Origin: Dehalococcoidia bacterium
Lineage (GTDB): Bacteria > Chloroflexota > Dehalococcoidia > Lucifugimonadales > CAUZJF01
Assembly (NCBI GenBank): GCA_965237635.1
Contig: CBDEFX010000002.1
Location: forward strand, 729,829-793,828
Direction: 5' to 3'
DNA: 64,000 nt
Numbering within the stretch: the first letter of the stretch is position 1; each line of letters starts with the position of its first letter. This document shows, piece by piece, positions 21,630-32,058 of this stretch. A program made the position numbers and the translations under genes. A model generated the notes under the pieces. It saw only the letters and a program-made list of their open reading frames with translations. It was not told where the DNA came from and ran no database searches.

Positions 21630-21786
21630 TAACAACCCAGCCCAACTGCCATTGCTCCCACCTAGTTCTGAGCTACGAGAATTGGGTTGCTATCAGGGAG
21701 TCCATGATGTCTTCAATCTCCCTCATATGCAGTGACACTCTCATTTGCTTCATGGCTTCATAGCGGCCCTGGCGTATAATTCGCCT

Positions 21787-23917
21787 ATGGTTGACTCGCC
21801 GGGACAAACGGTCGCTACAAGCCCGCTACTTGAGACTAAGCTCTATGTCCCCAGGTGGCGTACTGGTCTGGTACGGCGTGCGCGACTGGTCGAACGCATG
21901 GACCAGGGGACCGAGCGCAAGCTGACCCTCGTATCCGCGCCAGCGGGTTTCGGCAAGAGTACGGTGCTAGCCGAATGGGTGGCAGCTACGCCGGCCAACG
22001 AGCGGCCTGCAGCATGGGTCTCGCTCGATCAGAGCGACAACGACCCCGCGCTGTTCTGGGCCTACTTCATCGCTGCACTGCAGACCGTGCGGCCCGGTGT
22101 TGGAGAGAGCGCGCTCTCTCTGCTGCATTCGCCTCAGCCTCCACCGATTGAGGCGGTCTTGACGACCTTGATCAATGAAATCAATGCGATCGAGGACCGT
22201 TCGGCAAGTCCCCCGATGCGGCATCGGGGCGACTCCAGTCGGAGCTCAGGGCAGGCTTATTCGACGGACTCAGGGCATGGCTTCGTGGTGGTGCTTGACG
22301 ACTACCACGTTATCGACGCCCAGCCTGTCCACGGCGTCGTCACCTTTCTTGTTGACCATCTGTCGCCGCAGATGCATCTTGTCATCGCCGGCCGCGCCGA
22401 CCCGCCACTGCCGCTCAGTCGCCTGCGAGGTCGTGGCGAGCTGGCTGAGCTGCGGGCCGCCGACCTGCGTTTCACCCCCGAGGAGGCCGCCGCTTTCCTC
22501 AACGAGGTGATGGGCCTGGACCTGCTTACAGATGACGTGGCAGCGCTGGAGACGAGGACCGAAGGCTGGATCGCGGGGCTCCAGCTGGCAGCGTTGTCGA
22601 TGCAGGGCCGAGAGGACGTTCCCGGGTTCATAAGAGCCTTCGCAGGTAATGATCGGTACATCGCGGACTACCTGGTCGAAGAGGTCCTGCAGCGTCAGCC
22701 GGAACGTGTCCGAAGCTTCTTGCTGCAGACCTCCGTTCTCGACCGGTTGAGCGGCCCGCTGTGCGATGCCGTCACCGGTGGGGAAGACGGGAAGGGGATG
22801 TTGGAGGCCCTAGAGCGAGGCAACCTGTTTGTCGTCCCGCTCGATGATAAGCGCCAGTGGTATCGCTATCACCACCTCTTCTCAGACGTTCTCCATGCGC
22901 GCATGATGGAGGAGCAGCCCGTTCAAGTACCTGTCCGGCATCGGCGGGCGAGCGAGTGGTACGAGCACAACGGTCTGCCGGCCGACGCGGTCCGCCACGC
23001 TCTTGCCGGCGAGGACTTCGAGCGAGCTGCGGGCCTCGTCGAGCTGGCGGCAAAAGACATGCTCGGCAGTAGTCAGGAGCCCACGCTGCTTGGATGGCTA
23101 AAGGCGCTACCGGACGAGTTGTTCCACGCAAGGCCTGTGCTCAGCGTGTACTACGCCTTTACGTTTGGCGTCGGGTCGGAGGCCGCCGAGGCCCGCATGC
23201 GGGACGCCGAACGGTGGCTCGACGCTACGGCAGATGCGAGCGAGCGACCGGAAGCCCTATCGGACGAGATGGTAGTCGTGGACGAAGAGGCATTTCGGTC
23301 TCTACCGGGAGCGATAGCCGTCGTCCGCGCCTATCATGCCGGGGCTCTCGGCGATATGCCCGGCACCGTGAAATACGCTAGGCGGGCACTGGATCTCTTG
23401 CCTGAGGGTGACCATCTCGGGCGGGGAACTGCAGCTGCGTTCCTGGGGATCGCGAGCTGGACCAGCGGAGACCTGGAGGCGGCTCACCGGACCTTCACCG
23501 ATGGAATGGCTAGTTTTCATATGGCCGGCAACACCCATTGGGTAATACTTGGCACACTTGTCCTGGCTGACATAAGGGTAACGCAAGGTCGTCTCCACGA
23601 GGCTGTAAGAAAATATGAGCAGTCGTTGCAGCTTGCGACGGAGCAGGGCGAGCCTGTATGGGGGACGGCGGACGTGTATGTGGGGTTGAGTGAGCTGTAC
23701 CGTGAGCGTGACGATCTGGAGGCCGCCACACAGCAACTGCTGAGAAGCAAGGAGCTGGGCGAGTACGCGGGGATGCCGGAAAACCAGCATCGCTGGTACG
23801 TTGCTATGGCACGAATAAAAGAGGCCCAGGGAGACCTGGACGGCTCTCTCGACCTGCTCGACGAGGCGGAGCGCCTGTACGTCAGGGGCCCCAACCCCGA
23901 CGTGCGTCCGATAGCTG
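21787..23917 (+). pseudogene. MalT-like LuxR STAND regulator, truncated (HTH missing)
   Basis: LLETKL, APAGFGKS, LDDYH, TEGWIAGLQL, YRYHHLF; similarity to the 47093-49927 paralog stops after DVRPI. Confidence 0.9.
22197..22281 (+). repeat. in-frame REP-like insertion (two TTCGRC..CTCAGG units with nested CCCCGATGCGGCATCGGGG hairpin)
   Basis: Extra peptide before VVVLDDYH; core shared with 49445-49505. Confidence 0.65.
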
Positions 23918-24161
23918 TGAATCCAACGGTGTACGTTGCCTGATAGCACGCATGGGGGGTCTCGATGTAGAGGGGGGCTATCACGCTCTCGCTGGCCTCT
24001 ATGGCCTGAGTCGCCATCGCTATGAGCTCGGCGCCGAACTGTGTTGGTATCAGGTCGTCGTCGATGACCTCACTGCCTGCCATCGCGTCAAGGAATCCCA
24101 ATGCGAAGACTTGCTGTAACTGTGTCCGTAACTCATCTGAGATTGTCGGCTGTTCGTCCAT
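23918..24161 (-). pseudogene. hypothetical protein truncated at the junction with the MalT-like gene
   Basis: AGGGAG before ATG 24161; frame runs into antisense of the MalT-like gene. Confidence 0.45.
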
Positions 24162-24184
24162 CGGATTCTCCCTTCCTTGCACCA

Positions 24185-24252
24185 AACTTACACAACAACC
24201 CTCTATACGTAGTATAGGGTTGTGTAACTTACGAGTAACTTACATGTAAGTT
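24185..24252. other. putative replication origin (iterons and palindromes)
   Basis: AACTTAC at 24185, 24226, 24237 and inverted at 24246; palindrome AACTTACATGTAAGTT; directly after the helicase gene. Confidence 0.5.
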
Positions 24253-25499
24253 TTTCACTGGACAGTCAGACCAAACATGCCGCGTTCGGGCTTCACGAGT
24301 CGCCCTTTCTGGACCATCCTCGATAGGTTAGGTTCTATGGTGGCCCTGGGTATGTCTTGCAGGGCCTCACAGATGCTTTCTAGGTCCATAGCGCCGTGTT
24401 TCAGGGCCGCTAGGATGCGTATGGGGGCGCTTAGGCCCTTTGCTAGCTCAGGGTCGTCCGTCACGTCGCATCGGCTGAATGACGCCGACCGAATGGTGTA
24501 GTCGTCGTCCTCGATGATCTCTAGGCTCAGACCGACGGGGGGGGGCTTAGGCGTCCTAAATTGGTCTTGCGATGGTAGAGTCCCATCGTCATTTCGCCAT
24601 CCGCTGCTTGACGCATCTCCCAATAGCTACGCGCCTGATTGCGTTTGTAGGTGCTCCCGAACGCGCCCCGTTCCTGAGAGTCCGGCCCTTTGGTCATGTG
24701 GTCTATGAGTAGAATCGTGGTTTCAAGTTGGCGGAGAGCCGTAAAGAACGCCAGTACCTTTTCATCGTTTCCCGCGTCGCCGCCCAGGGCCATACCCACG
24801 GAATCAATGACTACCAGATCGAACTTCTCCCCTGCTACATGGTTCGCCAGGGTGTCAATCCAGTCCACGAGCGGACCCTGGGCCGACTGATACCTCAAAC
24901 CCCAATCGTCCGCAATTTGTGGCTCACCACGCTTGATCGCCCAGGCGCGTCCTTCAGCCGTGGCCTTGTCGGTCTCCCAATCGACGTAGAGGCTATTCCC
25001 CACGTCGGCATTTAGCCCGTTCACGGTGAGCCCGTGGTTCACAAGGGCACACAGATAGAGCGCAAGCCATGACTTGCCTATGCCGCCTTGCCCGTAGATG
25101 ATCGTCGGCTGTCGGCTCGGCAGCAGGGGCCAGACTTGATAGACTGGCCGCTCTCGTTTGGGCTCTTGCAGCCCGACGACATCCGGGGCGAGTCGTTGCT
25201 GCTGATTGTTCAACGCCCGGTCGCACACGTCGTCAATCACGTCGTCCCACGGGGTATCAGGAACACGCCGCTTACAGGTATCGACACAGCCCTTGATACC
25301 TGAGCGCGATAGCAGCCCGAGCCGCCCACGAAAGACGCGGCCCGAACGCTCAGGGGAGAGCCTCTTGTCCACGTCAATAACGACCTCAGTTTGTGGGGAC
25401 TTGCTGAAATCGCGTGTGACGCGCCCAATCTCCACGTCGATACCCAGGGTATATCGTAAGAGTGGTTTCGCCCCTTTCGTCTCTTTGTGTGAAAGCTTA

Positions 25500-27219
25500 G
25501 CCCGAATCCACCGAAGGACACCGATGGACGGCGTGAGGAAAGCGGAAGGGGGGTGAGGGAGCTACAGGGGAAATAGCCTGGGTTCCATTTGGGGTAGGGA
25601 GGTCGGCGGACGGTCTTCATCGCCGCACAGGGGTCCCTATGGCCGTCTGCGGGAGCTGCGATGCGCGGGATGGCGAGAGAATACGCAGCAGGGAACTCTC
25701 TCGGACCGGGCTGGCACGAGTCTGCGGGGATCTTCGGTTGTCCGGTGGGTGGGTCGGTCGCCGACGGTGCCGTCAGGCCGGGAGTGGAATGGCTCGCAGC
25801 CGGGCCAAGGCGCGGCTGAACTTCTCAGCCCAAGGCCAGCGATCCGGAAGATGCAGGGTCAACCGGCGTGCCGAGCGGGTGAGCCGTCCGGCCAGGGAGA
25901 AGAACCGCCGCCGGAGGGTCTTGGTGGTGGCTATCCGCTCTCCCAGACCGATCCGCGCCGTCCAGCGGGCCAGGTTGTGGGCCATCGTCTGGACGGCCAG
26001 CCAGGCACCGTTGGCGGCGAAGCGGCCCGAGGGGAGATGGTTCAGCCCGACGCCGTACTTGAGGTCGCGTATGGCATTCTCGATCTCGGCGTGGCGGCGA
26101 TGGTCAGCCTCCAGTTCGAGCAACTCCCCGTCCCGGTCGGTGATGAAGCCATGATAGCTGTATTTGGCGAAGAGGGCCAGTTGGGAACCGGGCGTCGGCT
26201 TCACCCGCCGGACGATGAGCCGTACCGGCGCGGCGTCCGCCTCGGCCTGGAAGGGGGTGCAGGTGGTCTCGGCCACATCGGCGGCACCGTCCATCCAGTA
26301 AGGAATCGGCGTCCAGGCATCTTCGGGTATCGCCTCGATGAGATTGTGCAGGCTTTTGTGCTGGCGGATGGTGATGGAGAAGCGGACATCCATCTTGCGG
26401 CAGACGGATACCACGCCATGAGTGTAGAACCCGCTGTCGGCCCGTAGCGTGAGTCGTCCGTCGGCCCCGGCGTAGCGCACCCGTCCCACCGTCTCCCGCA
26501 GGAAGTGGGCGGCGCCGCGGGCGGTGTTGGCCCGGCCCTCGCGCAGCCGGGACATCAGCACGTCTCCGGTGCCGGCGGCGATGGCCGGCAGCGGGTGGTA
26601 GCCCCGCTTGCCGGTATAGCCGTGGTGGCGGGCGCCCTCCTTGGCCAGTCCGTAGGTCTCGCAGATGGTGGAGTCCAGGTCAATGGTCAGGGGCCCGTCG
26701 CCGGGTCCCGCCCCGGCCTGCCAAGCCCGGGCCAGCAACTCGCGGCTCACCCGGTCGAGTTGACGGACGTGGCCCCACCGGAAGCTGCGCAGGAAGGTGC
26801 CCAGGGTGGATGGCGCCTTGACCGTGCCGCCCAGGGTGCAGGCCGTCCCCCCGGTGCGCAACACATCGGCGTCGTCAATGCAGTCGCCCCCAGCCAGCGC
26901 AGACGCCACCAGCGTCATCATCTTGTCGCTCGTGTTCGCCCGCCCCGGGGCATCGCCCAGGTCGAGGCGCTGCCGGACGAGTTCGGGCAGGCCGAGGTGC
27001 CGCGCCAGGGTGGCCGGAAGGAGCAGCCCGGCATTGGCCACCAAGCGGCGGTCGTCGAAGGTGATTTGGATCCGGTCGGGGTGGTTGCGTGGCAGCATCT
27101 ACTGGGTGCTCCTTTTCCGGGGCCGTTTTTTTGCTACAAAACCATTATCCCAGAAACACAGGAGCACCTTCTTGCCGCCTCAGGACGCTAACCCGACACC
27201 CTCCTTCGGTGGATTCGGG
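25500..27219 (-). mobile_element. IS1380-family element (variant A), 4-bp TSD TAAG
   Basis: TIR CCCGAATCCACCGAAGGA at both ends; near-identical to 27622-29341 and 40615-42335. Confidence 0.93.
25773..27098 (-). CDS. IS1380-family transposase (441 aa)
   Basis: IDLDST, GYHPL, LREGRAN, RADSGFY, IENAIRDLK, AHNL. Confidence 0.93.
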   Translation of the reverse strand: MLPRNHPDRIQITFDDRRLVANAGLLLPATLARHLGLPELVRQRLDLGDAPGRANTSDKMMTLVASALAGGDCIDDADVLRTGGTACTLGGTVKAPSTLGTFLRSFRWGHVRQLDRVSRELLARAWQAGAGPGDGPLTIDLDSTICETYGLAKEGARHHGYTGKRGYHPLPAIAAGTGDVLMSRLREGRANTARGAAHFLRETVGRVRYAGADGRLTLRADSGFYTHGVVSVCRKMDVRFSITIRQHKSLHNLIEAIPEDAWTPIPYWMDGAADVAETTCTPFQAEADAAPVRLIVRRVKPTPGSQLALFAKYSYHGFITDRDGELLELEADHRRHAEIENAIRDLKYGVGLNHLPSGRFAANGAWLAVQTMAHNLARWTARIGLGERIATTKTLRRRFFSLAGRLTRSARRLTLHLPDRWPWAEKFSRALARLRAIPLPA

Positions 27220-27220
27220 C

Positions 27221-27457
27221 TTAATCATAGATCACGCTCTCAAACTCGCGGGAGTAGGACACCAGATCGGGCCAAACGTCGCAGGCGGCCAACGCCACCG
27301 ACGCCGCTAGATGGTCGGTGCATATCCACTTGTCGCCCATCTGGTAGATGTTCCGGTCGCCTCCACAGAAGGCGCACGTTGTGGTAGACTCGAAGTGTTG
27401 TTGGTGTTGGTTGGGTCGCTCTGCTCGCAACGGAGCGACCTTTTTTTCTGCTACCAT
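27221..27457 (-). CDS. hypothetical protein with CxxC...CxxH
   Basis: Translationally coupled to alpA (TGATG) and to the AAA gene. Confidence 0.6.
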   Translation of the reverse strand: MVAEKKVAPLRAERPNQHQQHFESTTTCAFCGGDRNIYQMGDKWICTDHLAASVALAACDVWPDLVSYSREFESVIYD

Positions 27458-27621
27458 CACGCGCTCTTTAGTCCCTGTATCCATTCCACGACCTCACTAT
27501 GAAGCCATCGGACGGAATCGGGACCGATGGACTTAGGCCGGGGGAACTCCCCACGTCCCATCTTGGCGTAGATGGCGCTCCGGGAGAGCCCCACTAGCTG
27601 CTCGACCTCACGCCGTCTAAG

Positions 27622-29341
27622 CCCGAATCCACCGAAGGAGGGCGTCGGGTTAGCGTCCTGAGGCGGCAAGAAGGCGCTCCTGTGCTTCTGGGATAATGGT
27701 TTTGTAGCAAAAAAACGACCCCGGAAAAGGAGCACCCAGTAGATGCTGCCACGCAACCACCCCGACCGGATCCAAATCACCTTCGACGACCGCCGCTTGG
27801 TGGCCAATGCCGGGCTGCTCCTTCCGGCCACCCTGGCGCGGCACCTCGGCCTGCCCGAACTCGTCCGGCAGCGCCTCGACCTGGGCGATGCCCCGGGGCG
27901 GGCGAACACGAGCGACAAGATGATGACGCTGGTGGCGTCTGCGCTGGCTGGGGGCGACTGCATTGACGACGCCGATGTGTTGCGCACCGGGGGGACGGCC
28001 TGCACCCTGGGCGGCACGGTCAAGGCGCCATCCACCCTGGGCACCTTCCTGCGCAGCTTCCGGTGGGGCCACGTCCGTCAACTCGACCGGGTGAGCCGCG
28101 AGTTGCTGGCCCGGGCTTGGCAGGCCGGGGCGGGACCCGGCGACGGGCCCCTGACCATTGACCTGGACTCCACCATCTGCGAGACCTACGGACTGGCCAA
28201 GGAGGGCGCCCGCCACCACGGCTATACCGGCAAGCGGGGCTACCACCCGCTGCCGGCCATCGCCGCCGGCACCGGAGACGTGCTGATGTCCCGGCTGCGC
28301 GAGGGCCGGGCCAACACCGCCCGCGGCGCCGCCCACTTCCTGCGGGAGACGGTGGGACGGGTGCGCTACGCCGGGGCCAACGGACGACTCACGCTACGGG
28401 CCGACAGCGGGTTCTACACTCATGGCGTGGTATCCGTCTGCCGCAAGATGGATGTCCGCTTCTCCATCACCATCCGCCAGCACAAAAGCCTGCACAATCT
28501 CATCGAGGCGATACCCGAAGATGCCTGGACGCCGATTCCTTACTGGATGGACGGTGCCGCCGATGTGGCCGAGACCACCTGCACCCCCTTCCAGGCCGAG
28601 GCGGACGCCGCGCCGGTACGGCTCATCGTCCGGCGGGTGAAGCCGACGCCCGGTTCCCAACTGGCCCTCTTCGCCAAATACAGCTATCATGGCTTCATCA
28701 CCGACCGAGACGGGGAGTTGCTCGAACTGGAGGCTGACCATCGCCGCCACGCCGAGATCGAGAATACCATACGCGACCTCAAGTACGGCGTCGGGCTGAA
28801 CCATCTCCCCTCGGGCCGCTTCGCCGCCAACGGCGCCTGGCTGGCCGTCCAGACGATGGCCCACAACCTGGCCCGCTGGACGGCGCGGATCGGTCTGGGA
28901 GAGCGGATAGCCACCACCAAAACCCTCCGGCGGCGGTTCTTCTCCCTGGCCGGACGGCTCACCCGCTCGGCACGCCGGTTGACCCTGCATCTTCCGGATC
29001 GCTGGCCTTGGGCTGAGAAGTTCAGCCGCGCCTTGGCCCGGCTGCGAGCCATTCCACTCCCGGCCTGACGGCACCGTCGGCGACCGACCCACCCACCGGA
29101 CAACCGAAGATCCCCGCAGACTCGTGCCAGCCCGGTCCGAGAGAGTTCCCTGCTGCGTATTCTCTCGCCATCCCGCGCATCGCAGCTCCCGCAGACGGCC
29201 ATAGGGGCCCCTGTGCGGCGATGAAGACCGTCCGCCGACCTCCCTACCCCAAATGGAACCCAGGCTATTTCCCCTGTAGCTCCCTCACCCCCCTTCCGCT
29301 TTCCTCACGCCGTCCATCGGTGTCCTTCGGTGGATTCGGGC
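27622..29341 (+). mobile_element. IS1380-family element (variant A), TSD TAAG
   Basis: TIRs and flanking TAAG duplication. Confidence 0.93.
27743..29068 (+). CDS. IS1380-family transposase (441 aa)
   Basis: Near-identical to 25773..27098. Confidence 0.93.
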   Translation: MLPRNHPDRIQITFDDRRLVANAGLLLPATLARHLGLPELVRQRLDLGDAPGRANTSDKMMTLVASALAGGDCIDDADVLRTGGTACTLGGTVKAPSTLGTFLRSFRWGHVRQLDRVSRELLARAWQAGAGPGDGPLTIDLDSTICETYGLAKEGARHHGYTGKRGYHPLPAIAAGTGDVLMSRLREGRANTARGAAHFLRETVGRVRYAGANGRLTLRADSGFYTHGVVSVCRKMDVRFSITIRQHKSLHNLIEAIPEDAWTPIPYWMDGAADVAETTCTPFQAEADAAPVRLIVRRVKPTPGSQLALFAKYSYHGFITDRDGELLELEADHRRHAEIENTIRDLKYGVGLNHLPSGRFAANGAWLAVQTMAHNLARWTARIGLGERIATTKTLRRRFFSLAGRLTRSARRLTLHLPDRWPWAEKFSRALARLRAIPLPA

Positions 29342-29372
29342 TAAGTAGTCGATCTGTGTCAGTGGTCATGCT

Positions 29373-29681
29373 TCACCCTACTTTCCGGCACTGTGGGCAA
29401 CCGCAGTCTTTATCCTGCATGATTTGATGGTATGGACAAGACCTTCCACCTTTGCAGTTTTTTACCATGTAGGCCGCGCTGCCCAAGGTCATGTCAGCAT
29501 CTCGCTTGGCGTGATAAACCGCGTTGTTGCGGCTGTGGAACTGAGCCGGTATCGCCTTGTACACTGGCCAGTCCACGGTGATCTCGAACTCGGTCCCGAC
29601 AAAACTAGTCTCTCTGTCATGCTTGAGTATCCAAGCGTGAAAGTGAGAGCCATCAACCGGCCAAACCCTCATGTTGCTCAT
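29373..29681 (-). CDS. hypothetical protein with Cys-rich C-terminus
   Basis: GAGG RBS, 3 nt upstream of alpA; CPYH...CGCPQC. Confidence 0.6.
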   Translation of the reverse strand: MSNMRVWPVDGSHFHAWILKHDRETSFVGTEFEITVDWPVYKAIPAQFHSRNNAVYHAKRDADMTLGSAAYMVKNCKGGRSCPYHQIMQDKDCGCPQCRKVG

Positions 29682-29705
29682 TGATCGTTACCTCGCGCTA
29701 ATCAG

Positions 29706-29743
29706 TATGGTTAAAACTTACCATAGCCCGGGAGCCTTGTCAA
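29706..29743 (-). promoter_or_regulatory. sigma70-type promoter of the alpA operon with overlapping palindrome
   Basis: TTGACA-17 nt-TAAGTT with TGn extension; TATGGT-N8-ACCATA at 29706-29725. Confidence 0.55.
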
Positions 29744-29751
29744 AATCGGCC

Positions 29752-29789
29752 AAAATAAAACGAGCCCCCGGTGGTGTACCGGAGGCTCG
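29752..29789 (-). terminator. intrinsic terminator of integrase
   Basis: CGAGCCTCCGGT..ACCGGGGGCTCG followed by TTTTATTTT. Confidence 0.75.
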
Positions 29790-29810
29790 ACGACACACAA
29801 GATGTAGGTG

Positions 29811-30992
29811 CTAGCTGCTGAGGTAGTCACCCCACGCCTGTAGCAGCTCCCGGCGCTGGTCCATGTACTCAGACCGGTTGTAAACCTGTTCGATGGCGGA
29901 GCCGGTCTTGTGGGCCAGAACTTGCTCCGCCGCGTCACGGTAGGCCACGCCGAAGTGCTCCGCGGCCCATGTTCGGAAGGAAGACCTCATACCATGAGGC
30001 ACCGCCTGAATCTGGCACAACTTGAAAGGTCGGGTGAGGGCATTTTCGCTCAACTTTCCGTTAGTGGACAGAACCGACGGAAAGACAATCTCATCGGCGT
30101 AGGTCTCGCGCATGGTCTCGAGGACTTCAAGGGCCTGCCGGCTGAGGAGTACGGTGTGGCCCTGTCTCATCTTCATCCGCTCGGCGGGTATCTCCCACGT
30201 CGCGGCGTCCAGGTCGAACTCACTCCATGTCGCGCCCTTGACTTCCGCGCCCCGAACGCCGGTTAGGGCCATGAATCGAATGGCGGCTTTGGTGGCCGGA
30301 CTAGAGTTAGTTTCGTCTATCAGCGTGAGGGCGTCCGAAAGTTGGTCATAGGGTAGGGACTTCATCCGTACTTTTGACTTCCCAGGTGTCCCTAATTCCT
30401 CCGCCACGCCGTCCAGTGGATTGCTCTCGATGATGCCCCGGACCTTCGCCCTGTTGAATACGCGCTTGAGGATGAGTCTTAGCGCGCGTCCGGTTTCAGG
30501 TTTGGTGTTGTGGATAGGCTCGAGCAAGTCCAGAAGTTGGTCGGATGTGATGTTGCCTATCTCGATGCCAGCAAACACCGGAAACAGGTATTTCTCCGCC
30601 CGATTCAGCCAATTGGATTTGTTCTTGGGATTGTTCAACCGTCCGCTAGCGATTAGATGTTGGTGAGCGGCCCTTGCTATATCCTCGAACAGGTGGGTAG
30701 GCTCGGAGATTCTCTGTGGTTTCGGCGTAGCCGCCTTGAACATCTGGCCCGAAAGCGGTGCCTTGCCGTCTGCTACTAGCGTCCGGTTCTCACGCGCCCT
30801 GTCCCTTGCTAGAGACAGCCCAACGTCTGGGAATGAGCCTAAGCCAAGGTCACGCCGTTTGCCGTCGTGGTGGAGGCGTTGCACCCAATTCTTGCGGCCA
30901 GTGGCCTTGATTAGCAGTGAAAGTCCGTCACCGTCTGTGTGCCGCCCCGCGGTCTCTAGGTGCTTGATGGTCTGAAAGTCCAGCTTTGGCAT
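29811..30992 (-). CDS. P4-like tyrosine integrase (arm-binding domain + catalytic domain)
   Basis: DGDGLSL..W, LGLGSFPDVGL, TGVRGAE, IPAERMK, HGMRSSFRTW, LAH, YNRSEY. Confidence 0.93.
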   Translation of the reverse strand: MPKLDFQTIKHLETAGRHTDGDGLSLLIKATGRKNWVQRLHHDGKRRDLGLGSFPDVGLSLARDRARENRTLVADGKAPLSGQMFKAATPKPQRISEPTHLFEDIARAAHQHLIASGRLNNPKNKSNWLNRAEKYLFPVFAGIEIGNITSDQLLDLLEPIHNTKPETGRALRLILKRVFNRAKVRGIIESNPLDGVAEELGTPGKSKVRMKSLPYDQLSDALTLIDETNSSPATKAAIRFMALTGVRGAEVKGATWSEFDLDAATWEIPAERMKMRQGHTVLLSRQALEVLETMRETYADEIVFPSVLSTNGKLSENALTRPFKLCQIQAVPHGMRSSFRTWAAEHFGVAYRDAAEQVLAHKTGSAIEQVYNRSEYMDQRRELLQAWGDYLSS

Positions 30993-31007
30993 ATCCGCTC
31001 CCTTCCT

Positions 31008-31068
31008 GTTACCCAGGGCCTTGAAACCCCGTTTTTATTACCCTCTTTGTTACCTCAAAGCGGGTAAC
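31008..31068. promoter_or_regulatory. putative integrase arm-type sites
   Basis: GTTACCC 31008, ATTACCC 31037, GTTACCT 31049, inverted GGGTAAC 31062. Confidence 0.5.
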
Positions 31069-32058
31069 AAAAGAATCATACAGGAAGATTTGAGCCGAGT
31101 CGGTAGCTTTGGTAGGCAATATTTTAGCTTCGTTGTGGTGCCGAAGCGGCGCACCAACTCCTCACTGGCTATGGCGCCGAGCATGAAGCCCCCCGCCGCC
31201 GGCAGGAATCGAATTCCCGCGGCCAGCGGAGTGTGTCCCTGAACGAACTGGAGGTACTGCGTGAAGCCGAAAATGAAGCCGACCATTGAGAAGAACGCCA
31301 GACTTACCGCGGCTGCTCCGGTCGAAAACCGCGGCAGCCGGAACAGCGCAAAGTCCAGCAACGGGTATGCGGCTTGCCTCTCTCGCAGGACGAAGCCCAA
31401 GCCCAAGATGACAGCCGTGCCTACCGTAATCGCGAGCTGCGGGGACGTGGCCCCCCAATTGGGACCCTCGATGACGGCGAGGATCAGAGCAGAGACCGCT
31501 CCCATCGATAGAAGTGCGCCCGGAATGTCGAGTGGCCTGCTCTCAGGGTCTCGGCTATCCGGCACGAGGAATAGGCTTGCTGCAATCGCGATCGCGGCAA
31601 TCGGCACGTTCACCAGGAACACTGACCCCCAGTAGAAGTACTTGAGCAGCGCCCCTCCAAGGGTCGGTCCAAGCGCGACGCCGATGCCTGCCATCATCGC
31701 CCATATCGCGATCGCTTTCGGCATCTCCTTCTCTTTGAACACGTTCGCTATGACGGCGAGGGTCGCCGGCATCATCATCGCTCCGCCCATGCCCATGATT
31801 GCCCGGGCACCGATCAGCTGTGCCGGAGATTGAGCCAGCGCCGCGCCAAACGAAGAAAGGGCGAACACCGCGAGCCCATAACGCAGCATCCGGGCCCGTC
31901 CGAACCGGTCGCCGAAACCGCCCATCGTCAAGAGCAAGCCACCGAAGACCAGCATGTACGAGTTGAGCATCCACTGCAGCGACGAGGCCGACACTCCCAG
32001 GTCTCGTTGCAGCGAAGGGATAGCCACGTTGAGAATCGTCTCGTCGATAGTTGCTAAT

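Larger units (their letters stand above)
24255..27228 (-). pseudogene. RecA-like AAA_25 replication ATPase with C-terminal wHTH; split by IS1380 after codon 3 and frameshifted at a G9 run (24537-24545)
   Basis: GQGGIGKS Walker A, YVDWE, VVIDS, IDH..K, FGS; removing the IS restores ATG ATT AAG CTT TCA CAC. Confidence 0.8.
27457..29369 (-). pseudogene. AlpA-family phage regulator split by IS1380
   Basis: Reconstructed MTTDTDRLLRRREVEQLVGLSRSAIYAKMGRGEFPRPKSIGPDSVRWLHSEVVEWI. Confidence 0.88.
23918..31133 (-). mobile_element. P4/PICI-like satellite remnant (integrase, AlpA, AAA helicase), carrying two IS1380 copies
   Basis: Co-oriented int > hyp > alpA > Zn-finger hyp > AAA/wHTH > hyp; both flanking genes 3'-truncated. 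Confidence 0.75.
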
